In this document: positions 1 to 11,740 of the stretch, in pieces
Layout of the letters: each line of letters starts with the position of its first letter
Position numbering within the stretch: position 1 is the first letter of the stretch
Source of the DNA: Dicyema japonicum
Lineage: Eukaryota; Animalia; Dicyemida
Length of the DNA: 43,193 bases
Assembly (NCBI GenBank): GCA_011109175.1
Contig: RDEW01000127.1
Location: forward strand, 1 to 43,193
Direction: 5' to 3'
Translations under genes and position numbers: made by a program
The notes under the pieces: model-generated
What the model was told of the DNA's origin: nothing
The model's database searches: none
What the model saw: the letters and a program-made list of their open reading frames with translations, nothing else

Positions 1-2301
1 TTTGCCGTCTAGATGATCCAAAGCTTTTCACGTCGAATAGAATGCCATATAGTTATTCCGCCAAAGTATTTATGGATGTGCAATTTGAGGAACAAAACTT
101 ACCAGAATAAACATGCATAAAATCCAATTGACCACTATGCCATTAATCTGTTATCTAGACATGTTGGTCCTGCATAGATAAATTTTTAAAAAAGTTAAAG
201 AAAACAGAAATGTTGCAAAAACAAATAAAAATCACTCAGACATCTGAGATATAAAATTTTTATTGTTTTTTTAACACGTGAGGACATTCAATCTACCAAA
301 CCCAGCTGCCTTCTAGGGGTAACTTCTTCTTTATCCAAGTCCGCCTACATCAAATACTAACGTTAATATTCTTGAATAGCCCCACTCTAACTTACTGCAA
401 AATAGAGATCCTGTGCTTTGGTTGTTGCTTTTCTGATACCTACCGATGTCAAATAAATAATTCTCCAAATTCAAATTTACTATAAAAGTCGGAAAAACTA
501 AAATTTAAAAATCATGATCAAAATACATTACATAATATGTCTATCACACACCATATCTCTAAAAATAGTCACAACCACACAACTCATGTAATACAGTACA
601 AAAATAGGTAAACACTGGTTTGTCATCATGTCTTTTCTCCTGTCAATGTTGAGCACATTCACTGACCATAGCCCAGTCTTTCATGCGTTGGCAGTTCCTT
701 GAACATCAAATAGAATTCCTTAATGGACAAAGAATATTACTAATGAACGAATATCTCTTTTCTTGCCTGGCTAACCTTTGAATTGCAATGTGGGTTTTTG
801 GACATATACATCCACCATATTCATCCAGTTTTATTTTGAAGCTTCATGATACTATCCTCAACTCTTTACTGCCTCATATGCTCTTCAGGAGTTTTCCTCA
901 TCAATATAACCTCAGTCTGTCGAGTACCACCATTTTTGATTTCATCAGCATGGACATATCTTTGTAAGCACAACAAACAATCTCAAATTGATTGGGCACT
1001 TCTAGTGCATATAGCTGAGACAGCTGTGAGAGACAGGGATTACTATTATCAAAGTCTGTATTCTCCGACTTTGCACAACAAGGTGAATTTCTAACTTACT
1101 ACTACAACTGAAGGACGCCGTTGTGTCAATTTTGAATGCACCGGTGTCTATAATTTGCCAAACGTAGTAAACCTTTACTCTTATTGAACCTCTAGTGGTT
1201 ATACAGACTGTAATTTAATCCAAACTAAGGATTAGATTTCTACAATATTAACAAATTGTCTACTGGAACAGTCACGTGATCGATTTCACTCCTTTGACTT
1301 TAATGACAGTATAACGGCTCTCACTTTCTCTGTACACACTAGCACGAATAACGTCAGAGCCCTCAACTCAACGAAAAAACTTCAGAATTTCCTCTTATAT
1401 AGAGAAATTTGCCCGTCCGACATTGTTGTATTTATAGATGTCGAAGTTTTCTCTTTCTGACTTTGCTTGGGAATCCTTTTCCGCGAGTTTAGTTTCCACA
1501 AAGTCCAGACAAGTGTCGATGTTTGCATGTCTGATCCATTGATCTCTCTGGTGAGAAATGCCGAAAGTCCTTTCTGTTAGGCTTATGGACGACCATAATA
1601 TTCTCTTCTAAAAAAATCATTTACGTGTATTACATTAGCTTTTCTGACGTATTGAGGATATGACAACATTGTGTTGAAAAAGAAAAAGAGGAGACTTTCT
1701 AGAGTATAGCATTCTTTAGGTATTCCATCCTTTCGGAATATAAGCAAATTTCATACCGAGACGATATAATTAGTTAAAAGTATTTTTGGAAAAGAAACGT
1801 CGTAGAAAATAATATTATCTTTAGATTCCATAATTTCCCGTTTTTCCATATAATTTTTTTCAAAAGTGTAAGAACGTCTTCCATTTAAATCATCCACATG
1901 TTTAATAAAAAAAATATTTATTAAATATTTATTAATATCTTGGGATAATATAAGTTAATATAATTTTGAATGTCGTTCATAAGTTATGGATAAGGTTTTG
2001 AAAGCTATTTTATTGAATAAGGAACAATTTCGATACCGTTAATATTCTATCGTAGAGTTTAAGGCTATAAGTTTATGGATTTTCATCAATTTCTCAGAAA
2101 ACGTCAAGGGATATGTGCGTGTGATTTGACACCACCACAGTGAGGAGGACTTAATAAGAAAAGAGGAGAAAGTCTTTTTTGGTTGTGCAAGGCAGAAAAT
2201 CTGCACATATCGAAAGAGGTAACAACATTGAAAGGACGATCTAAATATTCAACTCTATATATTTAGGAATCATCATACAATCCTGCAAGGAAGGAAATTT
2301 T

Positions 2302-2416
2302 GAAGGTTTACGAGTAGAACATACTATACGAAGATTTGATGCACCATATTCTCCTAACTTAATCCATGTGAAGGCTGTTTTTTCATTCTTAAGGCTGGAA
2401 TGAAGACGTATTTATC
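2302..2416 (+). mobile_element. IS630/Tc1-mariner transposase remnant (third DDE motif region)
   Basis: Translates across one frameshift as HTIRRFDAPYSP(x)LNPCEGCFFILKAGMKTYL, matching the PYSPxLNPIE motif of IS630/Tc1 transposases; surrounding sequence is full of stops. Confidence 0.55.
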
Positions 2417-3464
2417 TAACATAATGATGTTATTGTAGCAGGAAATAGAACTCTAACAGAATTTCGAGCTCAATTACTACAAAATGCTTTGGACTATTCT
2501 ATAACACATCTAACGCGAGAGAAAATACGATGTTTATACAGGAATGTTGAAAAATTAAATGGAAATTGTACGATTGGGATTCCATTATTTGATTAAATTG
2601 TTAATTAATAATGTTAACTCCATTGTCAAAGATGTATATTTCAATGTTAAAATATATTTAAAAAATGTTAAAATTGAACATCGCATTGTGTCTTTCACCA
2701 AATCAGAATCTATATGGAATATCAATATTTGTAGATCGTACATCTCAGTCGACTGTAAGGTTATTTTTCATAACTGGCTTATCCATAAAAATAAGATCTG
2801 ATGATATATTCCCCAGGCCGAGCGAGCTCTAAAATTCACTAATATTTTTTAAAAGACTCGTAAGCCTTAACTCAGCCCGGACAGGAGTTCCTAAATTGAA
2901 TAACCATGCAGTCAAGGCTTGGGTTTCCTGACTCTAATTTTGTGTGCAAATCTCGCTGACTAACATTCTGACTAAAGGTTCCAAACACCTACGATGTCTC
3001 GGTTTTACGAGTGACGCTGTCATCTGTAAATATTTCATTGGGGAACGGTTCGTCTACTTAGTTCCTCTCGACAAGTGCAGTGTTTAAAGGTCGCCAGTAA
3101 TTAGATGACAAATGGGATAAAAACAGGTGTTGTTAATTGTAGTATAAAATTGAACGATTTGTGGATAATTAATGAATTATTTGATACTTTTTTGTCTATT
3201 TTTATTCGCCAAATTTTCATTACAGGCGGTTGTACATATTTTAATTATATAAGTTCGAGCAAATAGACAACCAAGGTGACTCACAAGAACATAATCAAAT
3301 TGGATTGAAAGAAAAGAAGAGATCATATTATGACTATGATTCAGAGCCTTTATTCGTCGGATAACAAATTAATACACTAACACAATATATATGTCGCTAA
3401 TATATTAACTACATTTACTATATTCATTTAATAGTTTATCTAATGCCTTCTTAAACTCCTAGGA

Positions 3465-3529
3465 GGTTTCATGTAGCCATTCCTCCCAAAGAGACGCCCG
3501 GTGCCTAGTCGGCAGCAAACACAAAGAAC
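3465..3529 (+). ncRNA. Degenerate copy of the Ingi/Vingi-like 5' structured RNA element
   Basis: GACGCCCGGTGCCTAGTCGGCA (3493-3514) matches the 9628-9689 copy at 18/22 nt and keeps the UGCC/GGCA hairpin with a 5-nt loop; upstream GGTTTCATGT resembles GGCGTCATGT of the 36566 copy. Confidence 0.35.
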
Positions 3530-3969
3530 AGATTGAACTTTGAAAGGATGTTCTTATTTACAAAGTCTTCCAAGAATATATCGATGAACAAATATTCTGT
3601 GGAGTGAATGACATAAAGGCTAAACTAACGTCACAATAATAGATAGGGCAATTTTTGTATTAGTCAAAAATTCACATGTTATTTTAAATTGTTTAAAACT
3701 TATAAAAATAAAAATTTTATTGATTTTTATTATTTAATTTTTATAGTTTTCAAATAAATTACTAACGTGTCATCAACTTACGCTTCGTTCAATCAAGAAG
3801 GTTATTGAAAAGGTTAAAACTCATTAGAAAATATCCTGGAAAATTTTATATCAACAACTTTTTATTGAATTTTTCGTCTAATAAACATTTCAAACTAGCA
3901 TGTTTATTATTTTTATTAGAATTTTATGGTGCCACTGTAAAAATATATGATTTTCAAATTACATCTACC

Positions 3970-5960
3970 GACTCTAGGATCAATAAGTCACGAGTATCTT
4001 GTTAAAATCTTGGAAAACTCGGGACTACCAGAATGGATAACCAAATTTGTAATATCAATAATTCCAAACTGGCGTGTGTCATTAAGATTGGGGAAAAAGA
4101 TATTGGGAACGATTAATATAGAACGTGGTATACTCCAAGGCGATTCTCTGTCGCCTCAATTATTTGTACTTGTCTTGGATCCACTAAGCAGAATGTTGTC
4201 TGCAAAATATCCGAACATGTCTATCAATATTGCTGAATCTATTTCTTTTACTTTTTCTACGAATCATTTTTTTTTCATCAATGATGTGAAGTTGTTGGCA
4301 AAAGAGGAAGAGACACTGGATGATCAAAGCAGTGGATGCTTATTTAATTTGGTCGGTTTAGAAAAGAATTTCGATAAATCAGCAACAAATAGTTATTTAT
4401 TGTCGAATAATGCTAAATTAATGGATGGAGTAGATAGTTATCGCTATTTGGGGGTGTTAGAAGACAATTCCAGAAAAATAATTAAAGAAGTTGTACTTAA
4501 AAATATCAAAGAGGAGGTGCAAGATCGTATCGAAAAGCTGTCAAAAACGAAATTGAATTCGGTCAATTTGTGTAAAGCCATTAATGAACATGCTCTACCC
4601 CTTTTTGATTATTATATTGGTCTTCTCGAAATGGAACCCGGTGAATTCGAGGAAATGGATAGATTAGTCAGAAAATTACTTATGCATTTGGGTATTCACA
4701 TGAAACTGGCTTCCAAGGAAAGATTATACTTACCAAGGAGTACGCTGGGAAGAGGGCTGATATCAGTTACTTTTAAGTCAGAAAAAATGCTACTTGAGTT
4801 TAAAACAAGCCTTGAAAGGCGGAAATGATTTCTCTGAGAAAAGCTGGAATTCTGTGGGCCGAACAGCTAAGAAAAACACATATGGCCACAATCACAGAAT
4901 TCCTGCGGGTAAAATACCAAATGGGCCCAACCATAGACATTGTGGAGAATCTAAAGAGTTCACAGATTAACTCTCTCCTGTCTATCATCAAAAAGAAAAG
5001 CCTAAATTCAATATTATTTGAATCACTTGAGAAATTTGACATAAATCATCGTCTACATGGATCACAAATGGAAATATTTTTCCCAAGTCTGAAGCGATGT
5101 TCTTTCTTTTGCAAGATAGGAATATCTTTTTTCGGGATCTTGGTCTAAAATGTCCACATTGTAATTCCTCGAAAAAAACTGTCGATCATTTGGCTACGAG
5201 GTGTAACAGATGCTAAACTCAGACTATACAAGACGACACAATGAAATAGTTAAATGCATTCACATGCATTTATCTAGAAAATTTGGATTTAAAAAATCCA
5301 AAAAATTGAAGTCACATTCTATTCAAAGCATCATCACAAATCAGCATGCCGAGATCCGAGTTGATACGACCATTCCAACGGAGTCCAAAGTCCAATATAA
5401 CAAGCCTGACATTTTCTTGTACGATAAGAAAATGAACCAAATATGGCTAATTGAAATTGGAGTAACAGCAATGGACAATCTCAAGGCTGTCGAAGTTGAA
5501 AAACTACATAAATACGACATTCTGCGAGTGAACTAGAGATCATTTACAAAGCCAAAGTAAAGATACTCCCAATTGTTCTTACCTGGAATGGAATTGTCTC
5601 CAGGTATTTCAAATCATACATGGACATCATTGGAATTACGACCATCACCCGAGCGTACATCCAAACGATTGCGCTGAAGAAGACTTTAGAGAGCATGCTT
5701 GTAGAATATAAACACGGGTTTGAACAAATAACGATGGCGATTAACAATAATTGGGAAGTGATGAAGAATCCTCTTACTGGATGCAATTTGGGAAAGAGGC
5801 GACGCGACACTGATAAAGAGTTGGATGATACAAAAATAGGAAGGGAAGCGGAGATACTACCAAGAGAGTCCCGGTGGGTGCTGGCCTGGTCGGAGAGACC
5901 AGAAGTTGATACATTAATTAGATGATATGACTATTGTTTGTTTTGTTTTAACGATTGTCT
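3970..5960 (+). mobile_element. 5'-truncated, frameshifted R4/Dong-like non-LTR retrotransposon (RT + CCHC + restriction-like endonuclease)
   Basis: RT motifs GILQGDSLSPQLF, decayed catalytic FINDVK and YRYLG; CPHC..HLATRC knuckle; RRHNEIVKCIH; KPDIFLYD..IEIG PD-(D/E)xK motif; split over ORFs 3947-4828, 4825-5148, 5210-5536, 5620-5925. Confidence 0.88.
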
Positions 5961-6199
5961 TGATTACAATGGCTGCTAAAAAAAACCTCAAAAGAGGCAC
6001 AAAAAAAAGTTATTCATTGGTATCCCTACGCACGGAAATCTTTAGTAAAAGGCGAAAGATTTATACGTTATGTGTAGAAAACAGAACAAAATTTAGATAA
6101 CAGATAACATGATTTATTCGCAAAACCCCAACTAACTAAACAAGGTAAGAGCCATTAACTAAAGAGGAAAGCCAAGATTTGGGGTCGTCTATATCGGGG

Positions 6200-7260
6200 C
6201 ACTCTCATGAGACACCGTATGTCTCTTCTCCGTAAAAAGCCCCAATTACAATGCGAGTTTCCACAAGCAATGTAATAAATCACCGATTCTTCTTGTTTTT
6301 CTTTCGTATTCGTCATCAATTTCAGATGCTAAATCCAATCCATGTGCTTCAATTTAGTTTCGTTTATAATTAGAACTTCCATCTGGATCGTGCTGGCTAT
6401 AGCAACCAGCACTGAGGCCCGTTTCCGAAGAGAACGGGCATTAATCAGGGTTATCCTGACTACTTCTGGTTTTTTCGGTGGCTGCCCTCTCTTCTTAAGA
6501 GCACCACTCTCTTCTCTGTGTTGAAGCTTCTACTGTTTTTTTTTTTAGAAGGTTTCTTATTATATGTCGTATTCCAGCCAGTCTGCCCATACATTCTAAA
6601 CTCTGACTTTAATTTCTTATTCGTTCCAATTTTGGAAACTTCACTTTCTCCATTATGGGCATTTTCTCGTTTTAGAAATAATTTTCCATTCGATTCTTTC
6701 CTTTTTTGGTCAATTTTGTTTTTCTTCGCAATGTTAGCTTCAACAGCCTTGGGGCATCTTCCATAATTTAGTTTCGTTTATAATTAGAACTTCCATCTGG
6801 ATCGTGCTGGCTATAGCAACCAGCACTGAGGCCCGTTTCCAAAGAGAACGGGCATTAATCAGGGTTATCCTGACTACTTCTGGTTTTTTCGGTGGCTGCC
6901 CTCTCTTCTCTGTATTGAAGCTTCTACTGTTTCTTTTTTAGAATGTTTTACTATATGTCCTATTCCAGCCAGTTTTAATTTCTTATTCGTTCCAATTTTG
7001 GAAACTTCACTTTCTCCATTAAGGGCATTTTCTCGTTTTAGAGATAATTTTCCATTCGATTCTTTCCTTTTTGGTCAATTTTGTTTTTTTTTCGCTATGT
7101 TAGCTTCAACAGCCTTGGGACATCTTCCATAATTGGCAAAGTCGATGGATGAACCACAATTCAAAAAACTTATTATTGTTTTTAACTGGACACTGCGATC
7201 TTCTATGTGAATCTGAACAAACAAGGCATCTTTCAACACATCTCCATTAGGCTTGAAGTA
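6200..7260 (-). mobile_element. 5' part of a two-ORF APE-type LINE (gag-like CCHC knuckles followed by start of AP endonuclease), decayed
   Basis: Minus strand reads ERCLVCSDSHRRSQCP then K(F)LNCGSSIDFANYGRCPK (gag-like knuckles), a Lys-rich linker, then VRITLINARSLRKR..EVLIINETKL (APE N and E motifs). No RT follows. Confidence 0.55.
6351..7133. repeat. Tandem duplication, unit about 415 bp (second copy about 370 bp with deletions)
   Basis: aatttagtttcgtttataattagaac starts at 6351 and 6766; both copies run to catcttccataat. Confidence 0.9.
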
Positions 7261-8977
7261 TGTTTCTCAAACTCGTAGTATATTTCTTCGTCTGTCTGAG
7301 ATCGTCAGATAACCAATGGTGTGCGGTATAATAACATTAGAATGAAATCAAAAGAAATACAATCTGATTCTGTGCTTTTATCTAAAAAATAAATACAAAT
7401 TTTAATCTGTTTCGCAAAAGTAATGAAATCACCTAAATACAAAATAAATTGTAAACCACATTCTCTATTTAGGTTAACAAATTAAAGGAACGGATTCGAA
7501 AGATTCAATATTCTCCATTCCGGAATATCTGAATTTATTTCCACCACTAATATGTTCATTAATTTCTAGTTCAGTTAGAAATGGATGAGATTTTTACCAA
7601 AACAGATCTGTTGATTAAAAATAGCTGAAATCCTCCAAAAATCCTTTTCCGCCAATTTTCGCATACAAACATTACCGAAGAAGTAGTCTTTTAGTTTTCC
7701 AAAAGGCAAATTCAACCTATGGAAGTGGAAGGTATGGGATCTTCTAGATGGTTTTAAAACAACCGTTCTCCGAATCTCTCAATAATCGATTGCCCTTCGA
7801 AACAGGTTTGAGTGTATTAATGATTTGTTAGACGAGGAATCCAATATCCCCATAATAAACAGTAGATCATATTTCAGACTTATCCTAAGTCATCCCGTAA
7901 TACGACTCACTTGTCTGCCTCTAATACTATCAAAGAAAGACCAACAATCATCACAGACCACGTGGATCTTCCCAATGACCCCAAAGAAGTCCAGACTATC
8001 AACACAGCCCATGTGATTCTTCCTAATATCAACTCTGAATTACAGACCATGAGGGTGTGCCTGATATCTCCACAAAGGACTAAATATCAGCGTAACTTAT
8101 TTGGTTCTCCTAATATTCCCAAAGAGGACCAATTGTTGGAGGATAATCAGAGAAAGTACACATTCTATTCATATAGTCACTAAACTCACCTGATTTGTTT
8201 GTTAATGTTTGTGTCGTTTATATTATAGAGTAAACAACGTGTTTTTGGTTTGACTGTCAAGAGTACTGTAAAAAAAATATTGAGGAGATCAAGGTTATTG
8301 AAGTCGGCTAAAGGGAAGAAAGTGGGAAAGAATAAGAGGACGAACAATCCGGCAAAGAATATATTAGAGAATACTAAGAAGAGTGAGAGAAGACGGGAAG
8401 AACTAATTATAGAGAGAATGATACTGTCTTGATTAGTTTTATTCTTAGAAGTCATGAAAGGCGAGAAAAGAGGGCTGAACAGCTTAGATTAGCTAATTCT
8501 CAAAATCGACTCAACAATTTTGTAAAAACGCCTCAAATTTGAGAATTCCGGAAACCCAAAAAATGAGCAATATGGAAAACCGATAGGACTCCAAGGTGGA
8601 CCAGTCTTCTGTAGAGACGATACTAGGTCCGTGATACACAGAGAAGATCCTAAGCCAATGGAATATCTAGTTATTAGAAAAAAATTAAATTCTATGTTAA
8701 CGGAATTCGTAATTCCAGAGACTTTAAACTTATGGAATCCGTTATCACTGAAAACCAGAAGTCTCAATGGCAACAGAATCATCAGTAACTGAAAAGGGAG
8801 ATGATTATTTGGAAAAGGTGATGTATGTGATGACAGTAGAGTTATAATATATATGATTTGAGGGAGGATTACTTGATGATGAGACACACCTAATAATGAT
8901 ATTCACGAGTGAGCGAGTTCATGTTAGTAATATTAATGTTAGTTGATATTATTTCTGCTTTGTGTGAACGACAAAAA

Positions 8978-9380
8978 CAGACTGTGGAGGTGGAGAAAAA
9001 AAGGAAGTATGACTTTCTTGCAAACGAGATGGTGCAGATGCTTGGTTGCAAGGTCCTCGTTATTCCTACAGTAATGACGTGGGAAGGAATTGCAACAAAG
9101 TACCACAAGGGTTATCTGAAGCAGTTGGGGTAGATAGTAATCTCCAGGCCTATTTACAGTTCACTGTGTTAAAGCGGACCCTAGAGAGACTGACACTGGA
9201 GTATAGGAGGCAGAGCCCTGAGATGCCATATGGGCAGAGGGTTCAATTTGACAAGGCGCTCTCGGAGTTGTTTCTGCAACCAGAATCGAACCTGCCTGAG
9301 GAGGCTGGCGAACAGGCAGGCGAGGAACGTTGTTGATTATTAAATATATTAACTTTTTTATTGTTTGTTAAATAAAGTGT
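8978..9380 (+). mobile_element. 3' fragment of an R4/Dong-like RLE retrotransposon
   Basis: QTVEVEKKRKYDFLANE..IPTVMTWEG..AYLQFTVLKRTLE RLE C-terminus; nearly identical to 24511-24808 (minus); ends in AAATAAAGTG. Confidence 0.85.
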
Positions 9381-9453
9381 CTAAAAATATTTTAATATAA
9401 TTTTGAAACACAACTAAGACAGTGATGTTGTACCAAAATTACCTGAGACAAAA

Positions 9454-9785
9454 TTATTTATTTATTAACCCCGGATACACCGAGAAAAAAGTTAAAATAA
9501 ACAACTAATCGAGTGTACCCAGTATCCACTTCTACAGAAACAGAGTCCATCCGGAATCAGCATAAAGGGTAAGACGTCCATTACATGCAGTTGTGGAAAT
9601 CCCTCCATTGGGTTGGGGAAGAGCAAATGATCTATTTTCATGCCGGCCTGGCACTGGGCGTCACCTAGACAGGTGGATCAGATGACGCCACTCTATTAGG
9701 AAGAGAGAGGAGAAAGACAAGCAAGCAGAAAAATTAAACCAATTAACCACGCAGCACCACATGGCGCCACGAGGCAACTTTTTTT
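9454..9785 (-). mobile_element. 332-bp SINE-like non-autonomous element of the Ingi/Vingi-like family, with 15-bp TSD
   Basis: Exact direct repeat ttacctgagacaaaa at 9439-9453 and 9786-9800; carries the 5' structured motif followed by catttgctcttcccc as in the LINE at 38099; its 3' end resembles the LINE 3' ends (29617-29675, 40865-40938) and ends in a (TAAA)n tail. Confidence 0.8.
9628..9689 (-). ncRNA. HDV-like double-pseudoknot RNA element, copy A
   Basis: GGCGUCA UC UGAUC C ACC UGUCUA GG UGACGCC CA GUGCC AGGCC GGCAU GAAAAUA GAUCA; helix order P1-P2-P3-P3'-P1'-P4-P4'-P2'. Confidence 0.55.
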
Positions 9786-9852
9786 TTACCTGAGACAAAA
9801 ATGAGACAGGATTATTTAAAAATAAATAAAAATTAATAAGTATATTTAATTT

Positions 9853-10445
9853 AAATCAAAAAAGCAGAAAATTGAAAGGAAATTCGATTCAGTTATTATT
9901 GACGAGTCAAAATGTCGAAATCAGAGTTGACACGTCGATTTTGCACACACAGGGTCATTATGCAACCATTGTAAAAAATGCAAGAAAACTGTTGATCATT
10001 TGGCCACTCAGTGTGGTAAAATGCTAAACAGTGATTATCTCCGAAGACATAATAAAGTGGTAAAGTGCATCGATCTTCACTTGTGTCGAGTGTATGGAAT
10101 CAAAAGAAGCAGGAAATTGAAAGGACATTCGGTTCAGTCAATATTGACGACTCAAAATGTCGAAATCAGAGTTGACACGTCAATTATGACAGAAACAAAA
10201 GTCCAATTCAATAAACCTGATATTTTTGTGTACGACAAAATAAAGAAGGAAGTAACCTTAATTGAAGTGGGCATTACTTCACAAGACCGACTACAGCAAG
10301 TTGAATTTGAGAGACCTCACAATTATGACTTGCTTGAAAACGAACTTTCGCTGCTCTACGAATGACAAGTGAAGATTATTCCAGTGGTTTTGACATGGGA
10401 TGGAGTTGTCTCAAGATGTTTCAAGAATCATATGGATAAATTTCA
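9853..10445 (+). mobile_element. Internal fragment of an R4/Dong-like RLE retrotransposon with a misplaced duplicated segment at its 5' junction
   Basis: HLATQCGKMLNSDYLRRHNKVVKCI..KPDIFVYD..IEVGIT..IIPVVLTWDG; 9853-9942 is a diverged copy of about 10099-10184. Confidence 0.85.
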
Positions 10446-11133
10446 TTTTTTACGATTAGTCTGCCGCGAGAATTATTTTCTGAAAACCTCTGATTTAAAG
10501 ACAAGATATTTTCTATATTTTTTCATGGATGAAGTGTTATACAATTAATCAAATAAATAATCTCAAAATTGTGACATACAAAACAAAGTAAATATTAATA
10601 ATTTAAATTGTTACGTCTTAATGAATTGTAACGTGTTCGCCGTCGTTTAAATATAAAAAAGATTCCACAGATAATTGTAATTCCACCAATTACACAAATT
10701 TCCATTATATATTTGTTATCTAAAGTTATATATTTATGTACTTTTTTGAATAATAATAGTTGTTGAAGAATATATTTTGCTTTTTGATGTGAATAGTGCT
10801 GTAATTTGAGATTTTTCTTATATTATTTAACATTAGAGTTCTACACTTATGATAACTGTTATTTGTGAATTTTTCTGGAGAATCAAATAATCTATCAGGA
10901 TCTAAGTTAATAAACAAATTTCTTAACATATATGGTTGTATGCTAATAATTCTAAACGAACAGATAATAACGTTCTGTAGTAATAGATTTGCTAGTAAAT
11001 ATCAATTTTATGTCATTTTTCTTCCATAAAAACATAACTTCACCATATTCAATATTTTTTAATTCAAATTGATAAATTCTGAAAATAATAATGAGAACAG
11101 CTTTTTTACGGAGACGTAGTATTAGTTCCGCAT

Positions 11134-11245
11134 AGGCAGGAGACACACTTTATTTAAGTAAAGAACAATTAATTTTTACTAATTGTAGAACCAAGGAATG
11201 ATCTTCACTTCTATTTTCTTTTTCTTGTGTGTGGGTCCTTTTTTG
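11134..11245 (-). repeat. Orphan element 3' end (AAATAAAGTG terminus), related to 31201-31310
   Basis: Aligns by eye with 31201-31310 over about 100 bp, including aaataaagtgt..cctgcct. Confidence 0.6.
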
Positions 11246-11309
11246 ACAATCCAGTCGTCCTCTTCTTTTTCGGTCTGGCTCACTTAGCCTATTCTTCATA
11301 AAGATTTTT

Positions 11310-11740
11310 TTTCAATACAAAGCTGTCTTTTGTAAGTGTAAAACAACATGACAGAGGACTTTGTTGCTGGTGTGTCGAGTCTTCGCTTCGAGAGACATAG
11401 TTCCAGCTTGTCAAGCATTTGTCGAGCAGACTGAGTCGCTGATTGAATGTTTCTGAATTTGGAGGCAAGAATGATATCGTCGTCATAGGAAAAAATTAAA
11501 CAGTTATCATTAGGTTTGTGGCATGTCGTTTTGTAAAGATTGATGAGTTGATTTGATGTTGTTGCAGAGTTCAGATAGGAGATGTTTTGATGGCTTTCTA
11601 TTAAAGATACAGTCTCACTCAAATAGTCGGTCTCTATCTGTCTTATATACACATACCAAAATTCATGATTTTAATAATGAACATAAAATCTACGATGATT
11701 TTTGTCATATTTCCATCGACCTTGAAAAAGTCCAGCTATG
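11310..11740 (-). mobile_element. Decayed RT fragment of the Ingi/Vingi-like family
   Basis: CLIFSYDDDIILAS..KSSVMLF resembles LILSYADDIALAT (28806 ORF) and LLTYADDLVIAS (40125 ORF). Confidence 0.6.

Noticed and set aside
935-955. 17-nt match catgctgatgaaatcaa between the minus strand here and about 22806 (plus)
   Set aside because: It does not extend on either side and is plausible by chance in AT-rich sequence of this size.
9340-9385. AAGTGT at RLE 3' ends as a U2 snRNA (Utopia-type) target
   Set aside because: The following bases do not continue as U2 (AGTATCTG) in any copy.
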